A stretch of DNA of 59,024 bases from NCBI GenBank assembly GCA_021775895.1, contig JAJFGX010000089.1, positions 1 to 59,024 on the forward strand, in the 5' to 3' direction. Below, in pieces: positions 9,565 through 19,836 of the stretch (position 1 is its first letter; every line of letters begins with the position of its first letter). The translations under genes were made by a program, and so were the position numbers. Under the pieces are notes generated by a model, which searched no databases, had not been told where the DNA came from, and saw only the letters and a list, made by a program, of their open reading frames with translations. Source of the DNA: Alphaproteobacteria bacterium (GTDB lineage: Bacteria; Pseudomonadota; Alphaproteobacteria; Micavibrionales; CSBR16-224).

Positions 9565-10506
9565 ATGTTAAACTTTGAAAAACCATTGCTTGAGCTAGAA
9601 AGCAAGATTACAGAATTGCAACGTATGAGCAACGATAATGACAATGATTCAAACATTGACGATGCACTAAAGAATTTACGTGACAAAGCCGATCGTATGC
9701 TAGAGAAAACATACACTTCTTTAACCGCTCAACAAAAGGTAATGGTTGCCAGACACCCTGCCCGCCCACATTTTAGTAATTACATTAAAGGTCTAATTAC
9801 TGACTTTACGCCACTGGCTGGTGATAGGTTTTTTTCAGAGGACCCTGCTTTAATTGCAGGTATTGGACGATTTAAAGACCAGCCATGTGTTATAATTGGG
9901 CAAGAAAAAGGACATGACACAGCAAGCCGTATTCATCATAATTTTGGCATGCCTAGACCTGAAGGTTACCGTAAAGCACAACGTTTAATGGATATAGCGT
10001 CCCGTTTTAACCTGCCAGTAATCACACTTGTAGATACGGCTGGTGCATATCCTGGAATAGGAGCGGAAGAACGTGGACAATCAGAAGCAATCGCCAAATC
10101 TATTGAAAGTTGCCTACGTTGTACAACCCCTATTATTTCTGTGATTATTGGTGAGGGTGGCTCTGGTGGAGCGGTTGCTATTGCTACTGCTAACCGTGTT
10201 TTAATGTTAGAACATTCAATTTATAGTGTAATATCACCAGAGGGTTGTGCTTCTATATTATGGCGCAGCTCAGACTACGCTAAAGAGGCAGCAGAAGCAC
10301 TAAAGCTTACTGCACAAGACTTAAAAGAGCTTAATATTATTGATGAAATAATTCCTGAACCTATTGGTGGTGCCCATCGTTTCCCTCAAAAAACTATAGA
10401 ATCCGTCGGAATAGCGATAGAAAAAAGCTTAGAACAGTTAGTCGGACAAGATTCTGAGACGATAAGAACTAATCGTGAAAATCGCTTTATAAATATCGGT
10501 AGTTAA
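9565..10506 (+). CDS. accA: Acetyl-CoA carboxylase carboxyltransferase alpha
   Basis: ARHPARP, NFGMPRPEGYRKA, GEGGSGGA, ISPEGCASILW. Confidence 0.97.
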   Translation: MLNFEKPLLELESKITELQRMSNDNDNDSNIDDALKNLRDKADRMLEKTYTSLTAQQKVMVARHPARPHFSNYIKGLITDFTPLAGDRFFSEDPALIAGIGRFKDQPCVIIGQEKGHDTASRIHHNFGMPRPEGYRKAQRLMDIASRFNLPVITLVDTAGAYPGIGAEERGQSEAIAKSIESCLRCTTPIISVIIGEGGSGGAVAIATANRVLMLEHSIYSVISPEGCASILWRSSDYAKEAAEALKLTAQDLKELNIIDEIIPEPIGGAHRFPQKTIESVGIAIEKSLEQLVGQDSETIRTNRENRFINIGS

Positions 10507-10517
10507 AACTCTTAGAA

Positions 10518-10781
10518 TTAAACCTCAATATCCACGATACTGCCACGAGGAGTATCTTGACCTCTCTGATCTGCTGCATTATTAGACGAAGTTTGTGTAT
10601 CTTCCCGTGCTAATGATTTTTCTTCTGATCGTTGAGATTCTGCCGTTGGAGCTTGACGAGGCTCTACTTGGTTAGTCTTTGGCTTCTGTTCTGCCGTTCC
10701 AACACGATCATTACTATTCCCAACCCCTGGTTGGAAAGTATTTGTTACTGGAGACTGCGTCACACCAATATTTGCAACCAT
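10518..10781 (-). CDS. Small disordered protein with C-terminal PRGSIVDIEV motif
   Basis: AGGAG RBS; polar low-complexity body; RG-x-x-VD-I-x-V terminus like small motility-regulon proteins. Confidence 0.7.
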   Translation of the reverse strand: MVANIGVTQSPVTNTFQPGVGNSNDRVGTAEQKPKTNQVEPRQAPTAESQRSEEKSLAREDTQTSSNNAADQRGQDTPRGSIVDIEV

Positions 10782-10868
10782 TTGACACTCCTACATTTTA
10801 ATATAAACATTCCCTACTTCCATCATAGCAAGTAAAAGTAAATAAATCCTTACTTCCCTCTATAGCGA

Positions 10869-10883
10869 TTAACATATTATTAA
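10869..10883. promoter_or_regulatory. Candidate CtrA box
   Basis: TTAA-CATATTA-TTAA (TTAA-N7-TTAA) between divergent genes; AT-rich context lowers specificity. Confidence 0.4.
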
Positions 10884-10912
10884 TTGACTAAAGCCAATTC
10901 CTATGATAGTAT
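10884..10912 (+). promoter_or_regulatory. sigma70 promoter
   Basis: TTGACT-17-TAGTAT with extended TG. Confidence 0.65.
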
Positions 10913-10942
10913 GGTAACAATAAAGCAAAGTTAGGAGAAAAT

Positions 10943-11575
10943 ATGTCAGAAAACATAGAACAAGCATACATTTCAGGACAAGTAGCTGATGGTTTAAGCC
11001 CATCAGACCAAGCCATAATTGCTGGAGCTATATTAAATCAAGAATCAACAATACTTACAGAATCTACGCTTGAAAATGATAATAGAGCTAATAAACACCT
11101 AAGTAAATTTATGTTTGAAGTAAAAAAAACAACTAGTATGACTTCCAATATACAAAGAAGGTCTAAATTTTATTCTGATAGCCCAGCAGTCGAGTTGCTA
11201 CAAGAAGTCCTAGGCATTGTAGAAGACCTATCTTATGCTGTCGCAAAACGTAAATCATCTCAAAATGTAGTTAAAGATAGTTCAAAAAGCAAAAATATGA
11301 CGACAACCTCAAAATATGCGTTATCTAAAACACCTAAAAGTGCAAAGGTTGAAAATCAATGGAAAATTGCTAAACTTAAAAAGCTAAAAGAATTACATGG
11401 TCAAATTAAGCATGCTCTAGAAAATAAGCACACAATATCTAATGAGCAAGTAGAAAAAATTAGAAAAGGTGTGATTGCTATGCGTAACGATATTCATAAA
11501 GAGCTTGGATCAGGGCAATCAATCCCAAAACTAGAATCAAATAAAGCCCTAAATCAATCGATGAAAACTTTGTAG
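10943..11575 (+). CDS. Hypothetical helical orphan protein
   Basis: 210-aa ORF, AGGAG RBS, own promoter; no recognisable family. Confidence 0.75.
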   Translation: MSENIEQAYISGQVADGLSPSDQAIIAGAILNQESTILTESTLENDNRANKHLSKFMFEVKKTTSMTSNIQRRSKFYSDSPAVELLQEVLGIVEDLSYAVAKRKSSQNVVKDSSKSKNMTTTSKYALSKTPKSAKVENQWKIAKLKKLKELHGQIKHALENKHTISNEQVEKIRKGVIAMRNDIHKELGSGQSIPKLESNKALNQSMKTL

Positions 11576-11644
11576 AACTATGGAAGCAATAACTTCTACC
11601 CAGTAGCAGCTTCGTAACCTTCATAAATAATTATTAAATAGTTC

Positions 11645-11673
11645 TTGACTTTTTCGCTTTGCTTATGTATATT
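11645..11673 (+). promoter_or_regulatory. sigma70 promoter
   Basis: TTGACT-17-TATATT. Confidence 0.65.
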
Positions 11674-11712
11674 GATTTACAGCAATCAGCATTAATGTTT
11701 AGGAAGTGAAAA

Positions 11713-12495
11713 ATGGAAGAAAATAATACAGAAGAAAAGAGTTTAGTTGCATATTACGCAAAATCAGCCGGTTATCATACAGCGAAAGCCATAACTAGTG
11801 AGATAGGTGGTTATGCTTTAATTATAGCTAGTGCATTCATACTACCTTCTATGGCTATTAATAACCAAACTTTTGAAAGTGATATGGACAAAACTGGCAC
11901 ATATGAACATGATCAAGTATTAGAACAGCTAGTAACTAAGAAAGATAATTTGCTGTCAGGCGTTCAAAATTATATTGAGATAAGAGATAAAATGTCAGAA
12001 TACCAAGAGACTGGAGCACTTAGAGAATCTTTTATACTAGAGCCTGATCTACAACTACAAAAACAAGCTTCTGAAGAAGATGTTCGAGAATTTCTAGCAC
12101 ATGCATACATGAATGGCTCATCAGAAGAAGGCTTAGCCATTTCAGAAGTAGAGTTTCAATCTCTATTACGTGAAGTATCAAATGCAGACGTGGTATGGGA
12201 TGAAGATGTAAGCAATCTATTATCTGGATATAAACATGCAGAGCATATTGATGAATGTCGTGTTCAATCATATATTTCAGCCGATGCTGACGTAAAAGCA
12301 GTATTTGCAAATACCGCTAAAGAAATGAGAACCTGTGCTCAACAAGAAGATGATAGTCAAATAGCTGCCAGTACATTTGCTATTGGACTGGGTTCATGGA
12401 TTCCAGCTTTAGGGACACTGCTCTTACTCTGCAGTATTGAAGGTGCAACAAAAGGAGCAAGCAAACCTATCAAACCAAAAGTTAAAAAATTCTAG
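11713..12495 (+). CDS. Two-TM orphan membrane protein (paralog of 16321-17121)
   Basis: TM near each end, acidic loop with Cys pair, basic tail KPIKPKVKKF. Confidence 0.8.
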   Translation: MEENNTEEKSLVAYYAKSAGYHTAKAITSEIGGYALIIASAFILPSMAINNQTFESDMDKTGTYEHDQVLEQLVTKKDNLLSGVQNYIEIRDKMSEYQETGALRESFILEPDLQLQKQASEEDVREFLAHAYMNGSSEEGLAISEVEFQSLLREVSNADVVWDEDVSNLLSGYKHAEHIDECRVQSYISADADVKAVFANTAKEMRTCAQQEDDSQIAASTFAIGLGSWIPALGTLLLLCSIEGATKGASKPIKPKVKKF

Positions 12496-12505
12496 ATACT
12501 TGAGC

Positions 12506-13639
12506 TTAAGAGGATAGCACTACATCTGCCGCTTTTTGAGATGGAGATAGACTGGAAAATTTATTCCTGATTGTAGAAAAACTGTCTTTTTGCGTTTTAG
12601 ATGCTTTTTCATCTGTTAATAAACGGTTTATATGCTTGAATAAATTATCGGCGGTGCAGTCTGAGAGTAACAGTTCAGGAATAACCTCTTGATTTAATAT
12701 AATATTTGGCAGACTAACATATGGTGTTTTAACCAGCCATTTAGCCAGCATGCTAGAAACAGCACCCATCTTATAACCTATAACTGTAGGCGTTCCTGTC
12801 ATCGCAAGCTCTAAAGCAACCGTCCCCGACGTTGCAAGAGCAACATCACTTGCGGCAAAAGCATCATACTTATCTTCACTTAATACTAATACATCGTTAT
12901 TAGCAAAATATTCTTCTACGCTATCTTTTAAGTGCGGAAGACTAATTGAAATTATCTTTATATTAGAATTTTCTCTTTTAGTTCTCTCAATAACTTTTTT
13001 AAATATCGGTAGCATTCTTTTAAGCTCTGAATGACGACTACCAGCTAAAACACATAATATTTTTTGACCCTCTAGAATGTTATATTTATGCCTAAATTTT
13101 AGTCCATCAGCATTCATCAAACTATCATTATCAACCATAGGGTGACCAACGAATGTGCATGGCAAACCCTCTTTTTCAAAATATGGTGGCTCAAATGGTA
13201 ATAAAGCTAAAATATGATCTAAAAAAACGGCTACTTTTTTTGCTCGTTTTGGTCGCCACGCCCAAACACTAGGTGCAACATAATGCACACATGGAGCTTT
13301 TACTAAGCCTCGCTTTTTTATCGCTTTAATTACACGAAAACAAAAATCTGGGGAATCTATGGTTACAATTACATCAGGTTGTTGTTTTTCAATGTCTTCT
13401 ACAGTTTGTTTAATTCTTGATAATAAATCAAATAACTTAGGTAAAATTTCTGCAATCCCCATAACCGAAAGTACTTCCATTGGAAATATAGAATCAAGCC
13501 CTTCAGCTATCATTTGCTTTCCGCCAACACCAAAGAAATCAATAGCATCAGAACTTTTTTCTTTTAAAGCCGCCATTAAAGAAGAACCGAGATTATCCCC
13601 AGATTCTTCACCAGCAATTATATAGATTTTTTTACTCAT
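12506..13639 (-). CDS. lpxB: Lipid-A-disaccharide synthase
   Basis: IAGEESGD, IDSPDF, HYVAPSVWAWR, FVGHP, GSRHSE. Confidence 0.97.
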   Translation of the reverse strand: MSKKIYIIAGEESGDNLGSSLMAALKEKSSDAIDFFGVGGKQMIAEGLDSIFPMEVLSVMGIAEILPKLFDLLSRIKQTVEDIEKQQPDVIVTIDSPDFCFRVIKAIKKRGLVKAPCVHYVAPSVWAWRPKRAKKVAVFLDHILALLPFEPPYFEKEGLPCTFVGHPMVDNDSLMNADGLKFRHKYNILEGQKILCVLAGSRHSELKRMLPIFKKVIERTKRENSNIKIISISLPHLKDSVEEYFANNDVLVLSEDKYDAFAASDVALATSGTVALELAMTGTPTVIGYKMGAVSSMLAKWLVKTPYVSLPNIILNQEVIPELLLSDCTADNLFKHINRLLTDEKASKTQKDSFSTIRNKFSSLSPSQKAADVVLSS

Positions 13640-13651
13640 AAAAACTCAATC

Positions 13652-14479
13652 TTAAATAGTGAATGATATATAAGCCCTATCATCATAAGAGACTTGACCA
13701 TGTTGTAGCCCTTTAGTTGAAGGATACTCCCGAAAAAGCAAAGGGTCTTCCTTAAGTACTTTTGTTAAAGCTTGTTCACTAGATTCTAACGTTGGTTTTA
13801 ATTCTGGATAACCGTCAGAGGCTAACACAATATGCTCCGCATTTTTAGTTGAGAAAAGCTCTACAAACTGCTCTGGTACAGAAGCTCCATTAACAACACC
13901 ATAGCCAAATTGACTGTCTGTATTATTTGCAAAAAGAAATTGTTTTTTTAAAATAGGCATTATAAAGTCACGCCCATAATCTTCCTCATAAAGCCCCTCC
14001 TCTAAAAATTCATTTGATAATATTCCTGCTTCAATGTAATTAGCCCTTGCCATAGAGGAGACATAGTCTATTAGCTTTCCACCATCATTAAGTAAACCGT
14101 CTAACATAAAGGGGCAGTCACCAACCCTTACAATATTCTCGTATTCTGGTAGATAGGCAACAAAACTTAAAGATGGAAAATCAATGTTTTGATTAGCGCC
14201 TTCTTCCAGTTCATCAAAAATAGCTTGTTTAAGATATACTGTCATTTTTTGCACAAGCTCTATTGGAGTAGTAATATTTTTAGAAATTGAGGGCAAAACA
14301 TTAGCAATAGTTTCTGCTGCAAATCGTCCAGATGAAACACCCTTGAACTTACGTCCACTTTTATCTGTTGCCCCATCAATTACAGCAATAATATTATCAT
14401 CTACAACAATAAAGTCTTCACAGCTATCTTCAGCTCCCATTTTACCTTGTAAAAACTGTTCTTTAATTCGATAACTCAT
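13652..14479 (-). CDS. PP2C-like metal-dependent phosphatase-fold protein
   Basis: CED, AVIDGAT, LASDG, DDRAY acidic motifs; ATGA-coupled to lpxI. Confidence 0.7.
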   Translation of the reverse strand: MSYRIKEQFLQGKMGAEDSCEDFIVVDDNIIAVIDGATDKSGRKFKGVSSGRFAAETIANVLPSISKNITTPIELVQKMTVYLKQAIFDELEEGANQNIDFPSLSFVAYLPEYENIVRVGDCPFMLDGLLNDGGKLIDYVSSMARANYIEAGILSNEFLEEGLYEEDYGRDFIMPILKKQFLFANNTDSQFGYGVVNGASVPEQFVELFSTKNAEHIVLASDGYPELKPTLESSEQALTKVLKEDPLLFREYPSTKGLQHGQVSYDDRAYISFTI

Positions 14480-15339
14480 ATCTCACCTGAAGTAATATTT
14501 TGTTCTAGAATACCATAGATAAAGAACTTATTTTTATCTGCTAGCATTATTGCCTTATCTTGTTCAAGAAACAACGTTTTACCAGCCTCCAGAGCTATAC
14601 CTGAAAAGCCAGCTTCTATAGCGTTTTCAATGGTTTTTAATCCTATCGTTGGCATATCAACCCGTTCATCTTGCTGTGGTTTGCAGCATTTGACTAAAAC
14701 AGGGGCTTCACCCTTGCGTTTTAGTGTTCCTGTACGCTCTATGAGAGCGTCTGTTCCCTCAATAGCCTCAAGCCCAAGCACCAAGCCATCTTGCAATACA
14801 ACAGCCTGCCCCACATCTAGCATACCCAGCTGTTTAGCCAAGTGCCAACCTTGCTGTATATCTTTCCAGTTAATTTTATTTGGCTTAACCTTCCCAATAG
14901 TTCCATTCGTAGTTAGCAAGTCAGGGCAAATATCATGAACCCCTACTATCTTAAACCCCTCTGTTTCCATCTCTTTAGTTACAGCTTGCAACAAACCATC
15001 ATCACCAAGTGCCTTTACGCCTAACTTTGCAAAAAATGCAATGCCACGCATATCAGGACGCAATTCCTTTAAGCTTGGGCGATGCAGATTACCTGCCATA
15101 GTTAGCTCTGAAATTCCTTCTTTCCGTAGAATATTGAAGGCTTCACCAACCGCTCCAAGCCTAACCCACGCATGAGGATAGCTAGATAGTAATTCTGGAT
15201 CAGTGAAATTCTCTAAAGCTAAAATAAAAAAAGGTCTGTTTTGTTTTAAGCAACTAGATACAACAGCAAATGGTAAGCCACCTGCTCCTGCAATAATTCC
15301 TAGACATGATTCTAATGATGTTTTTTGTTGTCGTTCCAT
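14476..15339 (-). CDS. lpxI: UDP-2,3-diacylglucosamine diphosphatase
   Basis: LGIIAGAGGLP, GDDGLL, DVGQAVV, EAIEGTDALI, QDERVDMPTIG. Confidence 0.95.
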   Translation of the reverse strand: MERQQKTSLESCLGIIAGAGGLPFAVVSSCLKQNRPFFILALENFTDPELLSSYPHAWVRLGAVGEAFNILRKEGISELTMAGNLHRPSLKELRPDMRGIAFFAKLGVKALGDDGLLQAVTKEMETEGFKIVGVHDICPDLLTTNGTIGKVKPNKINWKDIQQGWHLAKQLGMLDVGQAVVLQDGLVLGLEAIEGTDALIERTGTLKRKGEAPVLVKCCKPQQDERVDMPTIGLKTIENAIEAGFSGIALEAGKTLFLEQDKAIMLADKNKFFIYGILEQNITSGEI

Positions 15340-15356
15340 TCTTATATAGTACTACA

Positions 15357-16142
15357 CTATTTAGGGCGACACATAGCACGACTTTCACGATTCTGCATAA
15401 ATTTAACCATCTTCATTACATAATCATCATTCGCATGATCTTTAGCAATTAAGTCAATCCGCTCTGCCATATTTCCGTCACCGTCAAAGATTCTTTTTGA
15501 TACTTTTAACAAAGTTTGTATTTGAGCTTTTTCAAAACCTTTACGCTCCATGCCAACATAATTTAATCCTGCAAGATATGCACGCTCTCCTTTTACCAGC
15601 CCATAAGGTATCACATCATTTTCAACCCCTGACATACCGCCAATAAAAGCATTATCACCAATGCGTACAAATTGATGTACTGCTGACAGACCACCGATAA
15701 TTACATTATCACCAACATGGACATGTCCTGCTAGTGTCGCATTATTTGCTAAAATAACTTTATTGCCAACAACACAATCATGTGCAACATGTGATGACAT
15801 CATAAACAAGCAATCATCTCCAATAATGGTTCTCATACTATCATCTGCTGTACCGGGATTTATTGTCACATGCTCACGAATAGTATTTCGCTCGCCAATA
15901 ATTAATTTTGATTCTTCACCATCATATTTTAAATCTTGTGGAGCATGACCGATAGATGCAAATGGATATATAACAGTTTCAGAGCCAATTACTGTATCTC
16001 CCTCAATCACTACATGAGACTTGAGCTCAACACCATCACCCAATTCAACTTTATCACCAACTACGCAATAAGCTCCAATCTTAACATCTTTACCAATCTT
16101 CGCATTTTCAGAAATAATTGCACTAGCATGTATATTTGTCAT
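15357..16142 (-). CDS. lpxA: UDP-N-acetylglucosamine acyltransferase
   Basis: Hexapeptide repeats, PQDLKY, HVAHDC, LAGHV, VHQFVRIG. Confidence 0.97.
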   Translation of the reverse strand: MTNIHASAIISENAKIGKDVKIGAYCVVGDKVELGDGVELKSHVVIEGDTVIGSETVIYPFASIGHAPQDLKYDGEESKLIIGERNTIREHVTINPGTADDSMRTIIGDDCLFMMSSHVAHDCVVGNKVILANNATLAGHVHVGDNVIIGGLSAVHQFVRIGDNAFIGGMSGVENDVIPYGLVKGERAYLAGLNYVGMERKGFEKAQIQTLLKVSKRIFDGDGNMAERIDLIAKDHANDDYVMKMVKFMQNRESRAMCRPK

Positions 16143-16249
16143 TATTTTAAATCCTTATTATTTTCCCTAGCTATAGCATCTAGAAAACAGCCAAACAAAG
16201 CAAAACACATTTTGTTGCAGAGTATTGCAATTGTAATTTCATATATCTA

Positions 16250-16278
16250 TTGACATATAATTAAATATGTGTTACGTT
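16250..16278 (+). promoter_or_regulatory. sigma70 promoter
   Basis: TTGACA-17-TACGTT with extended TG. Confidence 0.55.
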
Positions 16279-16320
16279 TATAATATATTAATTAGATTCG
16301 ATAATGCAGAGGAAAAGCAA

Positions 16321-17121
16321 ATGGAAGATGAACGAAGTAAAGAAAAAAGTATTAATATCCCAAATCCTGTGCATTACACAGGAAAAACTATCAATGTTGC
16401 AGGGCCGCTATTCCCTCTCGTCATTGCAGTTGTATTATCAGGTTTTGGTTCAGTGTTCCTAGGTGATAGTATCATAGATGCTCATGATAGCATTCCAGAT
16501 ACTCAAGGTACTGGTAACCAAGCGGAACTTATTTTGGAACATGAGCAAAATTTTGCGGAGCTTTCTAAACTAGCTGAAGAATATAAAGAAACTAACGACT
16601 ATTTTTCTTTAGACACCAAATATGGCAACACTAAAGAAGGACAGGAAGATGCACTTAAAGCCTTAGCAGAAGAAATATCAACATCAATGAATGAAAACTA
16701 TATGAGTTTATTGTTAAGTGGGGCTGATAAAGAAGAAGGTGCCGCCCTGAGTGAAGAAAATTTTTCTCCTTTACATGAACAATTTGCTGAAATAGCCAAC
16801 AATACTGATGCTATCAAAGATTTAGGCTATGATATGAAAATAGAGGCTGGGGCTTTAGATGAATGTATCGCAGTTAATGATTCACTATCTTCACAAACGA
16901 CACTAGGTAGATACAATAATACAAAACAGCTTAACCAATGTATGGCTGAAGAACATGACAATAGTGGTTTTGGCTTAGCTTTACCTATCATCATTATAAC
17001 ATTTCTTGCGGGCACTTTTGGTGGAGGTTTTGCTTTACATACGGCTGCTGAAAATATGGAAGAAAAGCCTAACCGTATAAAAGTGAAACTTCCTAAACGT
17101 AAAAAGCCTAAGGCATGGTAG
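16321..17121 (+). CDS. Two-TM orphan membrane protein (paralog of 11713-12495)
   Basis: Start moved to ATG 16321 (GAGGA RBS); two TMs, Cys pair, basic tail KLPKRKKPKAW. Confidence 0.8.
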   Translation: MEDERSKEKSINIPNPVHYTGKTINVAGPLFPLVIAVVLSGFGSVFLGDSIIDAHDSIPDTQGTGNQAELILEHEQNFAELSKLAEEYKETNDYFSLDTKYGNTKEGQEDALKALAEEISTSMNENYMSLLLSGADKEEGAALSEENFSPLHEQFAEIANNTDAIKDLGYDMKIEAGALDECIAVNDSLSSQTTLGRYNNTKQLNQCMAEEHDNSGFGLALPIIIITFLAGTFGGGFALHTAAENMEEKPNRIKVKLPKRKKPKAW

Positions 17122-18223
17122 TATAAGTTCTGCTATGATTCTTACCGATACTGGTTAATATTTCATAGCCTATGCTCCCAGCGTCTTTAGCTAAAGAATC
17201 TACCGTTTGATTCTGCCCCAAAATCTCAACCAAATCACCGAGTTTCGTTTGCTCTGCAATATCTGTAATATCTATAGTTATCAAATCCATAGATATTCTT
17301 CCAATAACTGAACATTTTGTGCCATTAACCCAAACAGAGCTTTTATTGCCAGCAGATCGAAGATAACCATCAGCATAGCCAACTGGAATTGTTGCAATTA
17401 CTGTATTACGCTTACATGTATGTGTTGCTCCGTAGCCAACTGTACTGCCTTTTAAAACATGATGAATGTTTAAAATAGGTGTATGCAGAAACATAACTGG
17501 TTTTATATCAATTTTTGTATTACAGGGGTTAAATCCAGACATTGCAGCCCCTACCCTCTCAATATCAAAATGTAATTTAGCATCATAAAAAACTCCTGCT
17601 GAATTGGCCAAACTAGCTGAAATATCTGGAAAACTAGCTTTTATATTTAAAAAGTCTTGATATTGACGCTCCGTCATCGGGTTTTCAGGATCGTCCGCAC
17701 AGGCAAGGTGACTCATTACGCTATACCAATTGATATTTGTAAACTTATCTTGATTATTTAAGAAAGTTTGAAATTCTTGATTGGTTAAACCTAAACGTTC
17801 CATGCCTGTATCTATATGTAGCATTGCAGAATATTGAGTATTATTTTTACTTGCAACTGCTTGCCAAAGCTCTATTTCATGCAAGCTATTTAATACAGGA
17901 ATTAAACCTAGCTTTGCAAAAGCATCTAAACTAGCTCCATCACTTAAACCACCAAGACCATGAAATACAGCGATATTTATATCATTTTGATTTTGAAGAA
18001 TCGATTTTAATTCCAGCGCTTCATCTAATGATGCAACAAAAAATAAACGACAGCCCTCTGCATAAAATGCCTCTGCACAGGCTTCCATACCTACACCATA
18101 AGCATTTGCTTTTATAACTACGCCACATGTTGTTTGAGGCTCTAAAAGTTTATTAATAGTGCGGTAATTATGCCTTACAGCTGAAATATCAATACAGAGT
18201 CCCGATGTGTAACTATTTTCCAT
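17108..18223 (-). CDS. alr: Alanine racemase
   Basis: VIKANAYG, HIDTGMERLG, SHLACAD, GYADG, GRISMD. Confidence 0.96.
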   Translation of the reverse strand: MENSYTSGLCIDISAVRHNYRTINKLLEPQTTCGVVIKANAYGVGMEACAEAFYAEGCRLFFVASLDEALELKSILQNQNDINIAVFHGLGGLSDGASLDAFAKLGLIPVLNSLHEIELWQAVASKNNTQYSAMLHIDTGMERLGLTNQEFQTFLNNQDKFTNINWYSVMSHLACADDPENPMTERQYQDFLNIKASFPDISASLANSAGVFYDAKLHFDIERVGAAMSGFNPCNTKIDIKPVMFLHTPILNIHHVLKGSTVGYGATHTCKRNTVIATIPVGYADGYLRSAGNKSSVWVNGTKCSVIGRISMDLITIDITDIAEQTKLGDLVEILGQNQTVDSLAKDAGSIGYEILTSIGKNHSRTYTTMP

Positions 18224-18226
18224 GTT

Positions 18227-19729
18227 TTAAATATCATTGCTATGTTCAGTGTCTAAATCTGAAAATCTTGTGTACTGACCTTCAAAGAACATTCTTATAT
18301 TGCCAATTGGCCCATGACGTTGCTTCGCAATTATACACTCAGCTATATTATGCACCTCTGCACAACGAACCGTCCAAGCTTCATAGCGTTCATTAAATCT
18401 ATCTTCTGTTTCTTCTGGCTTTCTAGCAGGCTCTTCACGTTCAAGATAGTACTGCTCCCGATAAAGAAACATTACTACATCAGAATCTTGCTCAATAGAA
18501 CCAGACTCACGTAAGTCAGAAAGTTGAGGTCGTTTATTATCACGGCTCTCTACCGCACGGCTTAACTGAGATAGTGCGATAACAGGGATATGTAGCTCTT
18601 TAGCAATGGCTTTTAATCCCCTTGTAATTTCAGAGACTTCTTGAACTCGATTATCACCACTTTTGCTACTACCTTGTAAAAGTTGTAAGTAATCCACAAT
18701 AACTAACCCAATGTTTTCAGTACGTTTTAAGCGTCTTGCCCTTGTCCTAACTGCATTAATTGTCAAAGCAGGCGTATCATCAACGAACATCGGTACAGCT
18801 GATAATAACTGACTTGCTTCAACAAACTTTTGAAAATCTGTATCTCGCAATTCACCTTTTCTAATCTTATCTGATGGAACATTTGATATATCCGCCAAGA
18901 TACGACTAGCAAGTTGCTCTGCCGACATCTCCAAAGAGAAAACTGCAGAAACTGCCCCTTCTTTTCCTCCAGATTCTAAATATGCTCTAGCAGCATTAAA
19001 AGCAATATTCACTCCCATCACTGTTTTACCCATAGATGGTCTACCAGCTACAATCAGTAAATCAGAGCTATGGAGACCTCCCAATTTATTATCAAGATCT
19101 CTTAAACCTGTGGTTATACCTGTAATGCATCCTTTATGTTTAAAGGCTGTTTCTGCTGTTTTAATTGCCTCAATTAACGATTTTGAGAACGGAACGAATC
19201 CACCGCTAAAGTCACCCTCTTCTGCTAATCCAAACAAAGCTTGCTCTGCATGCTCAATCTGCATAGTGGGAGAAAGATCAATATCTGCTGCAATAGCGCC
19301 ATCAACAATATTCTCACCCAAAGCAATTAAAGCTCGCCTTAAGTGAAGCTCATAAATTGTGCGCCCATAATCTTTAACATTAACAACATTAATAACGTTT
19401 CTAGCTAGTTCTGCTAGATACTCGCCACTGCCAACATGCTCAAGATCTTCATCTTTGCGGAAATATTCTTTTAAAGTAACCGGGCTTGCCTCTTGCCCTC
19501 TATCAATCATTTTCCTAATAGAATCAAAAATACGACCATGTGCAGGATTAAAAAAATGCTCTTGCCTTAAAAAGTCAGATATTTTTTCTAAAGCGCCATT
19601 ATTTACCAATAGAGCCCCTAAGAGAGCCTGCTCCGCCTCAGTGTTATGAGGCATAACCTTATAATTATCCTCTTCCATAGAAGAAGTATTATCTTGGATA
19701 TTGTCTATTGGTTGCATTTGTGTTGTCAT
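18227..19729 (-). CDS. dnaB: Replicative DNA helicase
   Basis: AGRPSMGKT, FSLEM, VDYLQL, LSQLSR, DLRESGSIEQD. Confidence 0.98.
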   Translation of the reverse strand: MTTQMQPIDNIQDNTSSMEEDNYKVMPHNTEAEQALLGALLVNNGALEKISDFLRQEHFFNPAHGRIFDSIRKMIDRGQEASPVTLKEYFRKDEDLEHVGSGEYLAELARNVINVVNVKDYGRTIYELHLRRALIALGENIVDGAIAADIDLSPTMQIEHAEQALFGLAEEGDFSGGFVPFSKSLIEAIKTAETAFKHKGCITGITTGLRDLDNKLGGLHSSDLLIVAGRPSMGKTVMGVNIAFNAARAYLESGGKEGAVSAVFSLEMSAEQLASRILADISNVPSDKIRKGELRDTDFQKFVEASQLLSAVPMFVDDTPALTINAVRTRARRLKRTENIGLVIVDYLQLLQGSSKSGDNRVQEVSEITRGLKAIAKELHIPVIALSQLSRAVESRDNKRPQLSDLRESGSIEQDSDVVMFLYREQYYLEREEPARKPEETEDRFNERYEAWTVRCAEVHNIAECIIAKQRHGPIGNIRMFFEGQYTRFSDLDTEHSNDI

Positions 19730-19836
19730 GGTCAGACCATATCAAATATAGTTAATAAACGAAAGAGTTTTGTATGACGAAATGATATGATACTATAAAT
19801 TAAGTGCAACTCTATAAATAACTATAGTAAGAATCC

